A stretch of DNA of 60,121 nt, the filler included, from Sluysia triapertura (taxonomy: Eukaryota): assembly GCA_046118255.1 (NCBI GenBank). It is 5 parts of 5 records of this genome, joined end to end, with 100 filler letters (N's around TTAATTAATTAA, not from the genome) between each part and the next. Parts side by side here need not be neighbours in the genome. Positions count along the whole stretch, not along the records: positions 1 to 10,996 come from JBJNIA010190363.1; positions 11,097 to 22,022 come from JBJNIA010191440.1; 3 more parts are not named here. One strand, given 5' to 3'. The notes under the pieces are model-generated. The model saw only the letters and a program-made list of their open reading frames with translations, was not told the DNA's origin and ran no database searches. The translations under genes and the position numbers were made by a program. This document shows positions 1-11,178 of the stretch, in pieces (position 1 is the stretch's first letter; every line of letters begins with the position of its first letter).

Positions 1-900
1 ACTTCTTTCTTTTATTTATAATTTTATGTCTTCTACTCGTCTCCTAATTCAAAGTTGGGCAATCCCAACATATATATCCAAATGCATATGTTCTTCATAT
101 ATTGGTTTTCCATTAGTTGGCAAAAAATATTAAAAGTTAACGATATTTACTGGTACTAACGAATAACTTGTAAAGAAAATAAGTATAAAATGAAAAACAA
201 TACTTTGCAACTGTTCACTTGTGGAAATTCATTACAGTAATACAAAATACACAAAATACATTAAAGGTCTATTTAATTAATTTCAAAATTAATTCTTATT
301 TGAAAACGGTATAAAATAAAGGATTAAAAAGAAAAATTACTATTTTTTTGCGCAACAGTTCTACTAAAATTGTAAAACGTTCAATCGTGAACATAAAAAA
401 TGAATAAATAGATGAATTGAAATTTCATTTTAAATAAGTACTGATATTAAATATTTTAAGATATTTGCTATTGCTGAAATAATTTTATTTAGATATATCA
501 ATCGATGCTTATTTTAACAATATTAGGTAAGAGTACTTTTAATTTTGAACGAAGTTAAATTTTAGATAATTTTAAAACTTCCGCTATAATAAAACTAATT
601 AACAAATAAAATTGAAATTTTGCAAAATTGTTAGAGCACGAAGTTCTCACAAAATCCATCATATTGAATATTGCATATACAGGTTTATAATAAATTCATG
701 ATGAATTAATAGCATAAGTTCTAACAAAATACAATGTTAACCTTGAATTTAAATTTATTTTCAGAATATAGTTTAATTTTTACAATGATTTTACAAATTA
801 TAAGGTTTACAATAATATACAAATTAAAGTTTTATATGTTGCTTTCAAAAAGAACTTTAGCGTTTTATGAACTAAAGCACCTCTATATTATATTTAATAA

Positions 901-1422
901 ATGTTAAATAAAAATTATTTATTTGACTTAATTTTATTTATACTGCCAGGTTTCACGTATTTATTTATATGTAAATATACAAAGGTGGAGGAGAGTTTTA
1001 ATATCCAGGCCATTCATGATATTTTATATGTTCGATTCAATTTTTCTGAGGTGATTTTTAATTTTGTATTATTATTTGTAGTATGACCACAAAGTTTTTC
1101 CTGGTGTTGTGCCTAGGTCTTTTGTTTTACCTTTGATAATTTCAGTAATTTCTCATCCATTTATTATTTTTAAGAATTTGTTAACAAATGATTTATTTTA
1201 CAGTCAAATAATTGGTATGTGATTTTACTCTCAGTAATTTTAATAAAGTTAGGTTATCAATATTAATTTTGTGTATTATTGCTCAATTTCATTTTTATCT
1301 AACAATAAAGAAAATATTTAGTATTCATGTCGCACATTATTATGCTTTGGTTACAAGTTTACAATTTCATATTAATTTTTATGCTTCAAGAACATTGCCG
1401 AACAGTTTCGCTTTAATTTTGA
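901..1422 (+). CDS. ALG12: ALG12 Dol-P-Man alpha-1,6-mannosyltransferase, 5' part only (exons 901-1050, 1082-1214, 1249-1422)
   Basis: Splicing a 31-nt intron (1051-1081) and a 34-nt intron (1215-1248) gives an open frame with [38 protein letters not shown] and [18 protein letters not shown], all hallmark ALG12 motifs. A GT donor follows at 1423. I could not find downstream exons (e.g. DSxFW, PHKELRF) in this segment. Confidence 0.88.
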
Positions 1423-2228
1423 GTATGATTTATTTTAATTGTATTATTTACAAATAAATAATAATATTTTATTTAAGCAATACCATAGTTGTATATGATT
1501 AAATTATACTGCTTACATAACATTAAATCATTTTAATTTATTAAAATTAGGTATTAAATTTCTATTTTTTGGAAATATTAAGTTTGATTGTAACAAAATT
1601 TGAAATTTTCAAATCTGATATTTTCTGAAGTCATTTTTATTTACATTTATACATTTTCGATCTTTCGAGACAAGGATCGAATTGTTACAGAGTTTTCATG
1701 TTTAATGAGAATTAAGAATGATTTAAATCACAAAAATTTAAGTCCGAAAATTTATGTTTCGTCTTTTTCTTTGATATCTGTTTGCTCTGAAAAGAAAGCT
1801 CAATATTTTAAATATTAGAATTAGTTGTGAATAAAAATTATTTGTTCTAACCTAAGAAATAATTGGAAATGGTAAGATGTTTATTTCATTGTGTAATTAC
1901 TTATGGTTTTGAATTTTGTTAATAACTGACGTGGTTATTGAAAATTCAGTTCAATAATAAAATACTATAGATGCTGATGTCAGATTTTTTAATGTCTGGA
2001 TTGGATACTAGAATTGGATAATTTTTCAGTACAATTTGGCTGAGTTTTATAAATAAAATTTAGGTGAAAATCATTTTTTATCTTATGAGTGATTACAGTT
2101 ATCACTAAAAAATTTTTTTACAAAATTTTAACATTTGTAAAAAAATTTGTGTAACATTTAAAAAATTGTATCTGTTGTGATAGTTATACTTTATGTTTTA
2201 TTTAATCTCATATATTGATTCTAGTCAT

Positions 2229-2530
2229 TTTTAGACTTTAATTCTCGAAATTTATTCTTTTTCTGATAATGCTAAACCTGAAAGCTTTCGTATTCTGTTT
2301 GTATTCAACTTGTGTTCAACGTAAAAACCGATAACTTTATTTATATTTCTTTAATCGTTTATTTCTATTATAAGCGTTAACTTTATATTCAAAGATTATT
2401 TTCTGACTTTGCTTTAAAATCTTAATTATTAATTTAATAATTCTTGATCTAAATTAAATTATCTTTATAACTTTATCTTAAATGAGTGTGAATTCAATAC
2501 TCGTCTTTGTTCTTAAAGATAGAAGTGCTG
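2229..2530. repeat. Dispersed AT-rich repeat, family A copy 1 (possible LTR)
   Basis: Shares collinear anchors (ttttagactttaattc; aattattaatttaat; aatgagtgtgaattcaatactcgtc...gaagtgct) with 8405-8755. The last anchor is also shared with 43290-43505. Confidence 0.45.
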
Positions 2531-3419
2531 GCTAAAATTTTTATAATTGTATCCTAATTATAAAAGGAAAAACAAATCTCCATTTTCAATCTCTTTCGAT
2601 TTTATAAGGAAAGAACGAATTTTATTTAAATACGACAAACAAAATCATTTATTTAAATATATGTACAATTGAAAAAAATTTAAGACATTTATATTTAGTT
2701 TCTGAAAGATTTCTATAATAATTTAACGTTAAAAATAAACCAATATTTTATATATTATGTTGAACAAATATTACAATTAATTGTATATTAATTAATTAAA
2801 TTATACATTGACAAAAGTTATGAAATGAAAATTGTCAAAAATTATGGTAATGCTTGTGTTTAAATGCGTTTACTCGCTTAATTTGTGTGTACTCTTTTTT
2901 ACTGGCTAGTGAATAATTCAATTCACTAATTTGTTAACGCTCGCACAATGATAATTCTGAGCACGCGTGCAAAAAATGAATGAACGGGTGAACGCACTCT
3001 GTTTCTTTCTACAAAAATCCAGCCTACAAAGCCTAATTAAAATTATTATTATTATCGTAAATATACATAATGTACATACATTCTTTTCTACTTATAGTCA
3101 GTATGAAATATAGACAAAATCATTGATTTAATTCATTTTGGATTTTATGTAATTTGGAATATAATTATTATTATTTGTAAGTTTAATATTATTTGAATTT
3201 AATTATTTTGCATTGCTCTACATTTTATTTCGATTTTATTCTGTTCGATTTCACATAATTTTTTTAATACTCCTAATCAGTTTCGTCACCGGTTACTCCT
3301 GTTAGATATGAATGTTTAGTGCTTAACATTGATTAGCTTATTGAAGAAGCTACTAGCGCAGATGACCTTCATTTCTACCAAGGGTCTTCTTGCACTGTTG
3401 TAATTATTATTTGCGCATG

Positions 3420-5035
3420 TCATATAAACTAGATTTCTCGGAGGAGGCTGATATAGGTTTTGTTTTTCTTCATCTTGTTCAATATTGATTGTTTGTATCG
3501 CTATTTCTTCCGTTTTCTTTCCTTTTTAAGAACATTTAATTGAGAATGAGGGTGATGGTGTAAAAGAAATTTAGCTAAAAATGGAAAAAACCAATTATTA
3601 ATTTCCAAGTAAAACCTGATATCTTGTATATATTTACTGCAGAAAACATTTGAGATATTATAAGAGCAATGACTTTAATTATTACACATATGCCTATTAA
3701 TCCTGAAAACGCTTGTCTTATTACTAAAAAAATTCCCCATATTTGTTTTGAAGTATTATGTGCCGCTTTCTTAAAATGGTTAGGTCCTAATAATAATTCG
3801 AAATTTCTCTTACCATCATTTTCTATAATAGCCTTGTCAACTATATCCGTAAGTAATTTTGACCTTTTAATATTTCGTGCCAAGCTGCTTGTATATCTTA
3901 GAATAAATTCCTGATTTCGGAATATTTTTCGAAGCGAAAATTTTAATTTTGTTTTAATTCCGTTAAGCCTATAGTTTCCGGAGTTTTGACTTAGCACCTA
4001 TGTGGCAATATCCAAAGATTATCATCAATTTTGTATTCTGGAGCCATTACGTTAGAACAATGTAAGGTTTTTGGTTTTAGCTTATTAGTTGGCATAATTA
4101 TTGTGGTAACTGGTTCTAAATAAGCGTGGTGATTTTTATATATTACTGTCAGTTCATTAGTGAATTCATTTTCTTGTCTAATTTGTACCTCAAATTTTTT
4201 TACATTTGTAAGTGTATAAAACTTCATCCATTAATCTACCAAAAACTCCTTCTAAAGGAAGTAATAGTGCTACTAAGTCTGTGTTAGTTATTGCTACTGC
4301 TAGTTTCCTTGATTAATTGGCAGTCTCTAGTTATCATTGCTTGATAGGCTTTTTCTAAATACATAAGTCCTAAATGGTAATAACAATCAATTTTATTATT
4401 GCAATATGTATTTAATTTTAAATTTTGTATCTATCCCTTTATTTGCTTGTAATATTGTCTTTTCAGATAAATAAATTCCTTAGTAGTTAGTTTATGTGAT
4501 TTCTTGTCCGCATCTAATTACTAACTTTTTGATAGAAATATTAATCCATCTTTATTTGCCATTAAAATTGTGGGAGTTTCTACTTCATTAAATCTTTTCC
4601 TATCGGGTATATCTATATTATCTTTGTAAATTTGTTTTTATACTTATTTCTTATTTACTTATTTACTTTTACTTATGTATAATACATAAATTGATACATA
4701 ATTGATACATAAATCCCGAGATTAAATTAATTTTAAAAATATTATTGGGCATTGAAATTTTTCCAATTCGTATATTAATATAGACTCACCAGTCACAACT
4801 GGTTTGATTACAGAATGGTCGTGACATCATAGTTCCTTTTTCTAAATCAAAACTTAATACTACATTTCTTGAGCTACTACATTGTGATAAATTTTTCCTT
4901 CCTATTCTATTGGGCCTCTTTCACAAGTAACATCTATTAATACATTGCCTGCTGTCCCCTTATGTTATAAATTATTTTTTCATTGTTTTTAATTGCTTTT
5001 AATTTGTCTCCTTTATTTAAACTTATATATACAAC
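3420..5035 (-). pseudogene. Decayed chuvirus-like (Jingchuvirales-type) envelope glycoprotein gene; endogenous viral or retroelement env
   Basis: Joined across frameshifts, the minus strand reads LEKAYQAMITRDC..LAVAITNTDLVALLLPLEGVFGRLMDEVLYTYKCKKFEVQIRQENEFTNELTVIYKNHHAYLEPVTTII..CSNVMAPEYKIDDNLW..LLGPNHFKKAAHNTSKQIWGIFLVIRQAFSGLIGICVIIKVIALIISQMFSAVNIYKISGFTWKLIIGFF. Motif order and the C-terminal TM region match chuviral G as I recall it (GEVxHxxKC, ELPV, CxxxMPxxYK, WxxFxxFG..AGxIG..YGWS). Confidence 0.75.
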
Positions 5036-5108
5036 TACATTCTCCAAAAATTCCCGTGAAAGTAAAATAATAGATGAACATCGTGTTCATGTGGAATGAT
5101 AACCAATT

Positions 5109-5109
<1 letters not shown>

Positions 5110-5161
<52 letters not shown>

Positions 5162-5182
5162 TTACCACTACCACCACCACCA
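5110..5182. repeat. (ACT)n microsatellite followed by (ACC)n
   Basis: About 17 perfect ACT units are directly visible; they explain the poly-Ser ORF 5035-5241. Confidence 0.95.
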
Positions 5183-5234
5183 CTAATTCTGCTTTTCGGC
5201 AATTTCACCATCGTATCTGAAATTATAAAATAAT

Positions 5235-5820
5235 CATGCATTCCAGAAAGAACCGATCATCAAAACGAATATGTACAGTGGTAATGCTGGCGCATTACAA
5301 TTGATTGTTATCGGAACGTTGACATTGTTAATATGTATTATAATCATTGATACTATTCTCTTCATGTATCGTAACTCCAGAAGAATCAATGTGGTATTAA
5401 CTGGTACTATGAAAAGATCAAACCTCCTCAAGACATTACAAATCACGAAGACGAATCATGTTACCTGCAGATAATTTATACTTATTCAACACTCATTGGT
5501 ATCATCTTGAAAAAAGAATATTTGATCCAAAAATGAATTCGAGTATCTTATATGGATCTAGTACGATTCCAGTGCATTCAATGGTTTCAAATAATGTTGA
5601 CATAACACAAACATAAACAAATGATAAATGATAATGAAACGGTGGATATTTATCTATCATTATCACCAGTGAAATAAAAAATCGGTAACATCAATAACTA
5701 TGATGTATTTGTTCATTTTACTATTAAAAATAATCGATCAAACCTCGATTCTAATTCAACCAATATAAATGGACTTGAAAATCCGACTTGCCATTTATTG
5801 GATGAAAAATGAGTTAATTT
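5235..5820 (+). pseudogene. Fragment of a single-pass membrane protein gene (TM plus cytoplasmic tail), degenerate
   Basis: ORF 5271-5474 has a clean hydrophobic span (LQLIVIGTLTLLICIIIIDTILFMY) followed by basic residues (RNSRR). Downstream sequence is coding-like but interrupted. Confidence 0.3.
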
Positions 5821-6119
5821 TTTTACTCATTCCATTGAATTAATGAGTAACGAACATCAAATAATAATGAAACAATATCACATTTTAGTGTTATCATTTT
5901 TTATTAGTATTCATTTCGTTTTTGCGTATAATGTTTTATGTGACTTCATTTTACTTTTAATTACTAAGATAAACTTATTTAAAAAATCAGTTTTAAAAAT
6001 TTTATGCAAAATATTTGCGGAATATTTGTTTCAACAGACATTTCAATGATGTTATTCAACATAATTACAAACAATACATGCAAGAACACTTACCAATGAA
6101 TATACTATTGAATGATGTA

Positions 6120-8121
6120 ATTTCTAGTTTCATAGACATTGTAATGTTTTTAAATTTTATCATATTCTATAATAAAAGCTGTTAAATTTTGTTGTCTTCA
6201 TGCTGTTAAAATTAAGTTTTGTTTTCAAAGGCATTAAGCCTGTTTTAATTCTTAATTGTTTAATGTTTAAAGGTCAAATTTGGTTAGGTAATTTAAAATA
6301 TGTTTTATCCAAAAGTAAATAAAATTTTGAATAGTTTTAAGTCCTCCAAAATACTATTATAATTTTAAGTCTTTCTTTATTGATAGCTGCATTATTTTGT
6401 TTTGTTATAATGGCTTTATATTGCCCATTATCTATGTAGTCACTTATATTTGTATTTTTATATTTTTCTTCCATCATTTTAATTATTTTCGATAATGCGG
6501 TTTTGTACTCTTTTAATTCAGGTAACAGTGTTCTATACTTATAGAAACGAGAAAACTTGTTTGATAGTATTGCATAAACAATGTTTTTTGTAGTTAATAT
6601 TTTTCTATATTTTTATAAATAATTTTTGTTAAATTAATAGGTTTTTATGTATTGGATTTGGGATTATTATTTCATCATTATGTATCTTTTTTCTTTTTTT
6701 TAAAAGTATTTGTTTCCTTATCTTCAATTTGTATGTGTGGGTTTTCTTCAATAAGATCATCATTATCGTGGTAATGTCTAATTTTACCATTATCCATATA
6801 ATAATAATAAATATTTTTGTTATAACTATCTCCCACTAATTCTTTTAGTAATGATCGTTGGGTTTTATCTAAATCAACATCATCTTCATTTATAAGTTCA
6901 TCTAATTTACTTAGTATATGCCATTATAATTGCGGAAGTCATTGATGCTTCCTCATGGTTTCCATTCATTGATGGATAACCGTAATCATCTATAAAAACA
7001 TTTCTTTAGTTTCTTTAGTTTTCATTTCTGGGTTATTCATTTTAACGTTAGCTGATATTACTATTATTGTTTTTATTTCATTTTTCATTTCTTCTGTGGC
7101 ACAGTAATACGCATCCTCTTCACCTATATCCACTTCTGCTTGTAATACTTCATCTTCAGTTTCCACTTCTTGATCATCACTTGAACTTATTTCTTCGTTT
7201 GACTCTGGTTTATTTTCTTTGTCATTTATTTCTTCCTCTGTATGACTGGATTCAGCATTTGGTTCTACTTCTGTTTCATCGTTACTTTTGATTCTGAATC
7301 TATTTCTTTATTGACTTTCCTATTTGGTTCAATTTTTTTTGATTCACCTTCCCATTTATCAAGTATTTGTTGAATTCTTCATTTGTAATTACTTCGTTTA
7401 TTTCTTTTATTTCTTCTATTATTTCTTCCATTGGTTGGTTTAATATTTCTCGAATTCTAACTTGAATAGGTTGAATTTTCCTCTTTCTCGTTCTCTACTT
7501 TGTTAATTTTTTTGAAATTCTAAATATCTATGGTTTATGAAGCTCAAAAAACTTGCTCTTGTTTATTTTTGAATCTATTTTTATCACAATATTTATATTT
7601 ACCACAAAATTTTCGAAGCATTGTATTCTTTTCTTCGTTGGTTATTAATTTAATATATTTATCATCTTCATCACTACTAATTTCTCTTGGTTCTTTGTTC
7701 TTGATTTTCTTATTTCTTTTCATCCTCATATTCATTTCTGTTATCTCTAAAATTATAATCTTTTTGATTTATGTCCATTATTTCTTATTATTATCATCAT
7801 TAAATCTGATTTCCTATTAGGGTTTTGTTATCTTTGATTATCGAAGTTGATTATTGGTGGCCACCTCGGTGCTGGTCTTTGTTCATAGTTAGATGCACCA
7901 TAATTACTTGTTCTATTATTCTGAAATCGTCTACTTCTAATATTATTTCCTCTATAATTATAATTATTTGAATTACCCCTATAAATATTAGAAATGCTAC
8001 TACTATTAAATCTATTGTAATTGTTATTTCGATTATTATTATTATTATATCCATCATAACTTGAGAAATTATTCGTATATCTATTATCATTATAATTATC
8101 GGAATTGTTTGTTTGGCTCAT
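6120..8121 (-). pseudogene. Long degenerate ORF upstream of the chuvirus-like G (N/Y/R-rich N-terminus, E/K-rich middle); function unknown
   Basis: ATG at 8121 opens MSQTNNSDNYNDNRY..RGNSNNYNYRGNNIRSRRFQ..RPAPRWPP. It continues through frameshifts into KEPREISSDEDDKYIK and WHILSKLDELINEDDVDLDKTQRSLLKELVGD, with the same purine-rich strand bias as the G region. Confidence 0.5.
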
Positions 8122-8332
8122 TGTATCGTTTTAATGTTTTATTTTAAAATTTAATTGGTAATTTTTCATCTTTTAATTAAGAATTTCACTTTAAGAATCT
8201 TATCGCACATTCTTATAACATTCATGAACATTAATTCGGATATTTGCAGGCATTCGTTTTACTTAATTTACAGATCATTCAAATATTCGATTTGTAGGCA
8301 AAATTTGATTTTATTTAGATATTTGCAGACGC

Positions 8333-8370
<38 letters not shown>
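8333..8370. repeat. (TA)n(TG)n microsatellite
   Basis: Directly visible. Confidence 0.95.
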
Positions 8371-8404
8371 AAAATTTAAAAACATTAACTGATAATAGAC
8401 GTTG

Positions 8405-8755
8405 TTTTAGTCTTTGATTTCTTTGAAATCTCTTCTGTGCTAGTTTAAATAATGATATGCGTTTTGATTTAATCAGGCTCACGTATCAATTTAGTTGTAG
8501 TCTTTAACTCTTATAATTTATTCTTAATAATATCGAACTCTTAATAATATGGACTTTTAATATCTCGATCTTTTTTGGTCTATTTATTAAATTGGAAATT
8601 ATAATTATTAATCTAATGAATTTTCACTTTTACTTTCGGTCTTCTCTGTAATTTGATTCGATGTACTATTATATGAATTTTAATTTATTAAATATCCTTT
8701 GTTTCAGAGAATGAGTTAGATCTCGTCTCTACTGTTTGAGATGAAAGTGCTTAAT
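8405..8755. repeat. Dispersed repeat family A copy 2 (possible LTR)
   Basis: ttttagtctttgatttc / aattattaatctaat / aatgagttagatctcgtc...gaaagtgct are collinear with 2229-2530. Confidence 0.45.
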
Positions 8756-9099
8756 CAAATAATATGTAATATTATCTCTTCTCATCCTATCCCGAATTCC
8801 CTCTACACGCTTTTAATAAATTAGATAAACAAATTAAATTAGTGAGAGTGGTTTTATTTAAATCACTTTTTAAAACTTTTACTAAAAAATTTGTGGTTTT
8901 TGTTTTTAAGTTATGGTTTTTAATAATATAAAGTGGTGAATTTATTAAATTATATGTATGAATAAGATTGAAATATCTTAAGGATATCTAAATACTTTAT
9001 CGAAATTTCAACTTTATTACTAATTAATGTAATATTTGGCCTGATTTAACTTTAAATAAAAACATATAACACAGAACAATTTACCAACAAAACGAAAAT

Positions 9100-9800
9100 A
9101 TAATAAAAATTTAGTTTATGAAAAATTAAAATCGTATTAAAGTATTTTATCAGTAAATTTTCGTAACATCCGCTACATGTGACATTTAGATAATTTGTTG
9201 GCCGAGTAACATTTAGTATGGAACTAAAAGACGAGATCTTCACTATTTTATAATTATGGAAATTATGTAGATTTTCTTTAAATTCATTCATTAAATCAAA
9301 AACTAAATTATACATTACATGAATAAAGTTAAAAGTCTGGTGAATTCGTTGATCATTAGTTCGACAACATTTACCTATAAATTGTCTATTACTAATTGTA
9401 CAATGTTAATTTAATTTATTACAACTAACACCATCTTTATAATTTCAAAGGTTGAATTAAATTTACTTTATCAGGAGTGTTCACATCGATGATGTCATGT
9501 ATTTTAGATTCAATTGGATCTTCAGGTTCAGTATCATTAAAATGACAGCCTATCTCTATCATAGTAGAACGAAATCCAGTATTTATTCTAAAAATGAGAT
9601 TTCCAATAATTGCTCATTCATTAATCAAATGATATCCAAACTAACTGAAATGATTTGACGTTTCGATTTTAACGCTTCATTTAAAAATAACTTGTAATAG
9701 AATATCGTGTTTGCCATAAAACGATAGACTAAAAATATTAAAAATAAAAAGAACATAAAAGTATTACTTTCAACACGTCTAGTTATGTATAGGTTACCGG
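9100..9800 (-). pseudogene. Possible spliced gene remnant with a CxxC motif (OB-fold/Zn-like); unidentified
   Basis: Coding-like blocks GFRSTMIEIGCHFNDTEPEDPIESKIHDIIDVNTPDK and KISSFSSILNVTRPTNYLNVTCSGCYENLL lie next to plausible GT/AG sites, including a candidate 39-nt intron at 9729-9767. Stops prevent a clean gene model. Confidence 0.25.
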
Positions 9801-10699
9801 ATAATAATTATGAATAAGCTTTTCAATAATTTTACAAAAAGGGAGTAATTGATTTTTTAATAACAATTTTATTTATTTAATTATTAACAGCCATATTGGC
9901 TTAAAAAATTTTTTATTAAACTTTTAATTCTTGTTACTACTATTATTATCATTATTTTGCTAACATTACAATACTTTAAAGAATTTAACATTAAGTATAA
10001 AAAAATAGACAATTTTAAATTAACAATATTAAAATTAACTTTCTCTCAAATAAATATAACAACGTTTATTTACAGAATTTTAATAACACTATCTTAGGAC
10101 TAGTTATTGTTAGTTTACTAATTCAGAATCAGAACTAGGAATATTTAAAAGAATTAAAATATATGTGATTATTTCTGAAAACGTTATTCAAAAAAATTTT
10201 ATTCAGATTAAACAGTACATATATCATGCCATTCATTCCAAACCTCCGACACATTTAAAGATGACAAAATCAAAATGCTTATCAATAAAGGAATGATATT
10301 ATTCTTTGAAATGTAAGCTGGCTATTGTCAACTTTACAATTTTATATCATCATTATCTTTGTCTCCGTTGGGTGTGTTTGGTTCATTGTCTTTGTTTTGT
10401 TTTACTTGGCATCGGATTCTTTATGTTATCATTCTTTATCCTCATCGGATGTGTTTAAGTAGTAGTTATGCTTGTCTTTCTTAACATTATTTAATTCACT
10501 TCATACTGAAATCTTCGCATTATCATTGTCTATGTCTTCGTTAGATGTTTTTAAATCATCTTATCATTGTATTTATTTAAGTTGTTTAACATTGAAATAT
10601 TGATTCTATTAGTTGTTTACATACATAAATTTCCTCGAAATCGATATTGAGTGTGCGGACTCGAAATTATCATAGAGCTTCGGTTGGAGAAAAAAATGA

Positions 10700-10894
10700 A
10701 AATATGATAGAAGACTAGGAAGAATTGAGTGTTTTTTTATAGAAATTTCATTGTTATAAAGATTATGCCTAGTTTTAAGTTTTTAGAGATTTTTATGTTG
10801 GTGTATATATACGATTGTATATATATGTTTAATATTTTGTGTGTTAATTGCGATCTTTTGTTTATTTGTTTTAAATGATAGGTTTTGAACCACC
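10700..10894 (-). repeat. LTR-like repeat family B copy
   Basis: Starts GGTGGTTCAAA, has a C/A-rich body, then aatgaaatttctataaaa, as at 55703+ and 58445-. Confidence 0.5.
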
Positions 10895-10996
10895 TATCAT
10901 TTTATTTTCTTTAGTCAACATTTTGACTATGTTTTTATGTATTCATAATTCGCCATGTAAGAATACAATACATAATGAAATGAAATGAAATGATGT

Positions 10997-11096
10997 NNNN
11001 NNNNNNNNNNNNNNNNNNNNNNNNNNNNNNNNNNNNNNNNTTAATTAATTAANNNNNNNNNNNNNNNNNNNNNNNNNNNNNNNNNNNNNNNNNNNN
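10997..11096. other. Artificial contig spacer (44N-TTAATTAATTAA-44N)
   Basis: The identical 100-bp six-frame-stop linker occurs four times. Confidence 0.98.
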
Positions 11097-11178
11097 AGAA
11101 TTTGTGACAAAGTGTGACAAGGGGGAGGGGGGTCTAAAAAGGCCATTTTTAGTGTGACGTGTTTTCCGAACGACCCCT
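11097..11178. mobile_element. Terminus of a non-autonomous DNA transposon/MITE (superfamily uncertain)
   Basis: GC-rich island; the reverse strand reads (TA)AGGGGTCGTTCGGAAAACACGTCACAC...CCCCCCTCCCCCTTGTCACACTTTGTCACA. This resembles a terminal architecture common in invertebrate MITEs. It is cut by the spacer. Confidence 0.55.

Noticed and set aside
5035-5241. Gly/Ser-rich ORF
   Set aside because: It is a product of the (ACT)n/(ACC)n microsatellite.
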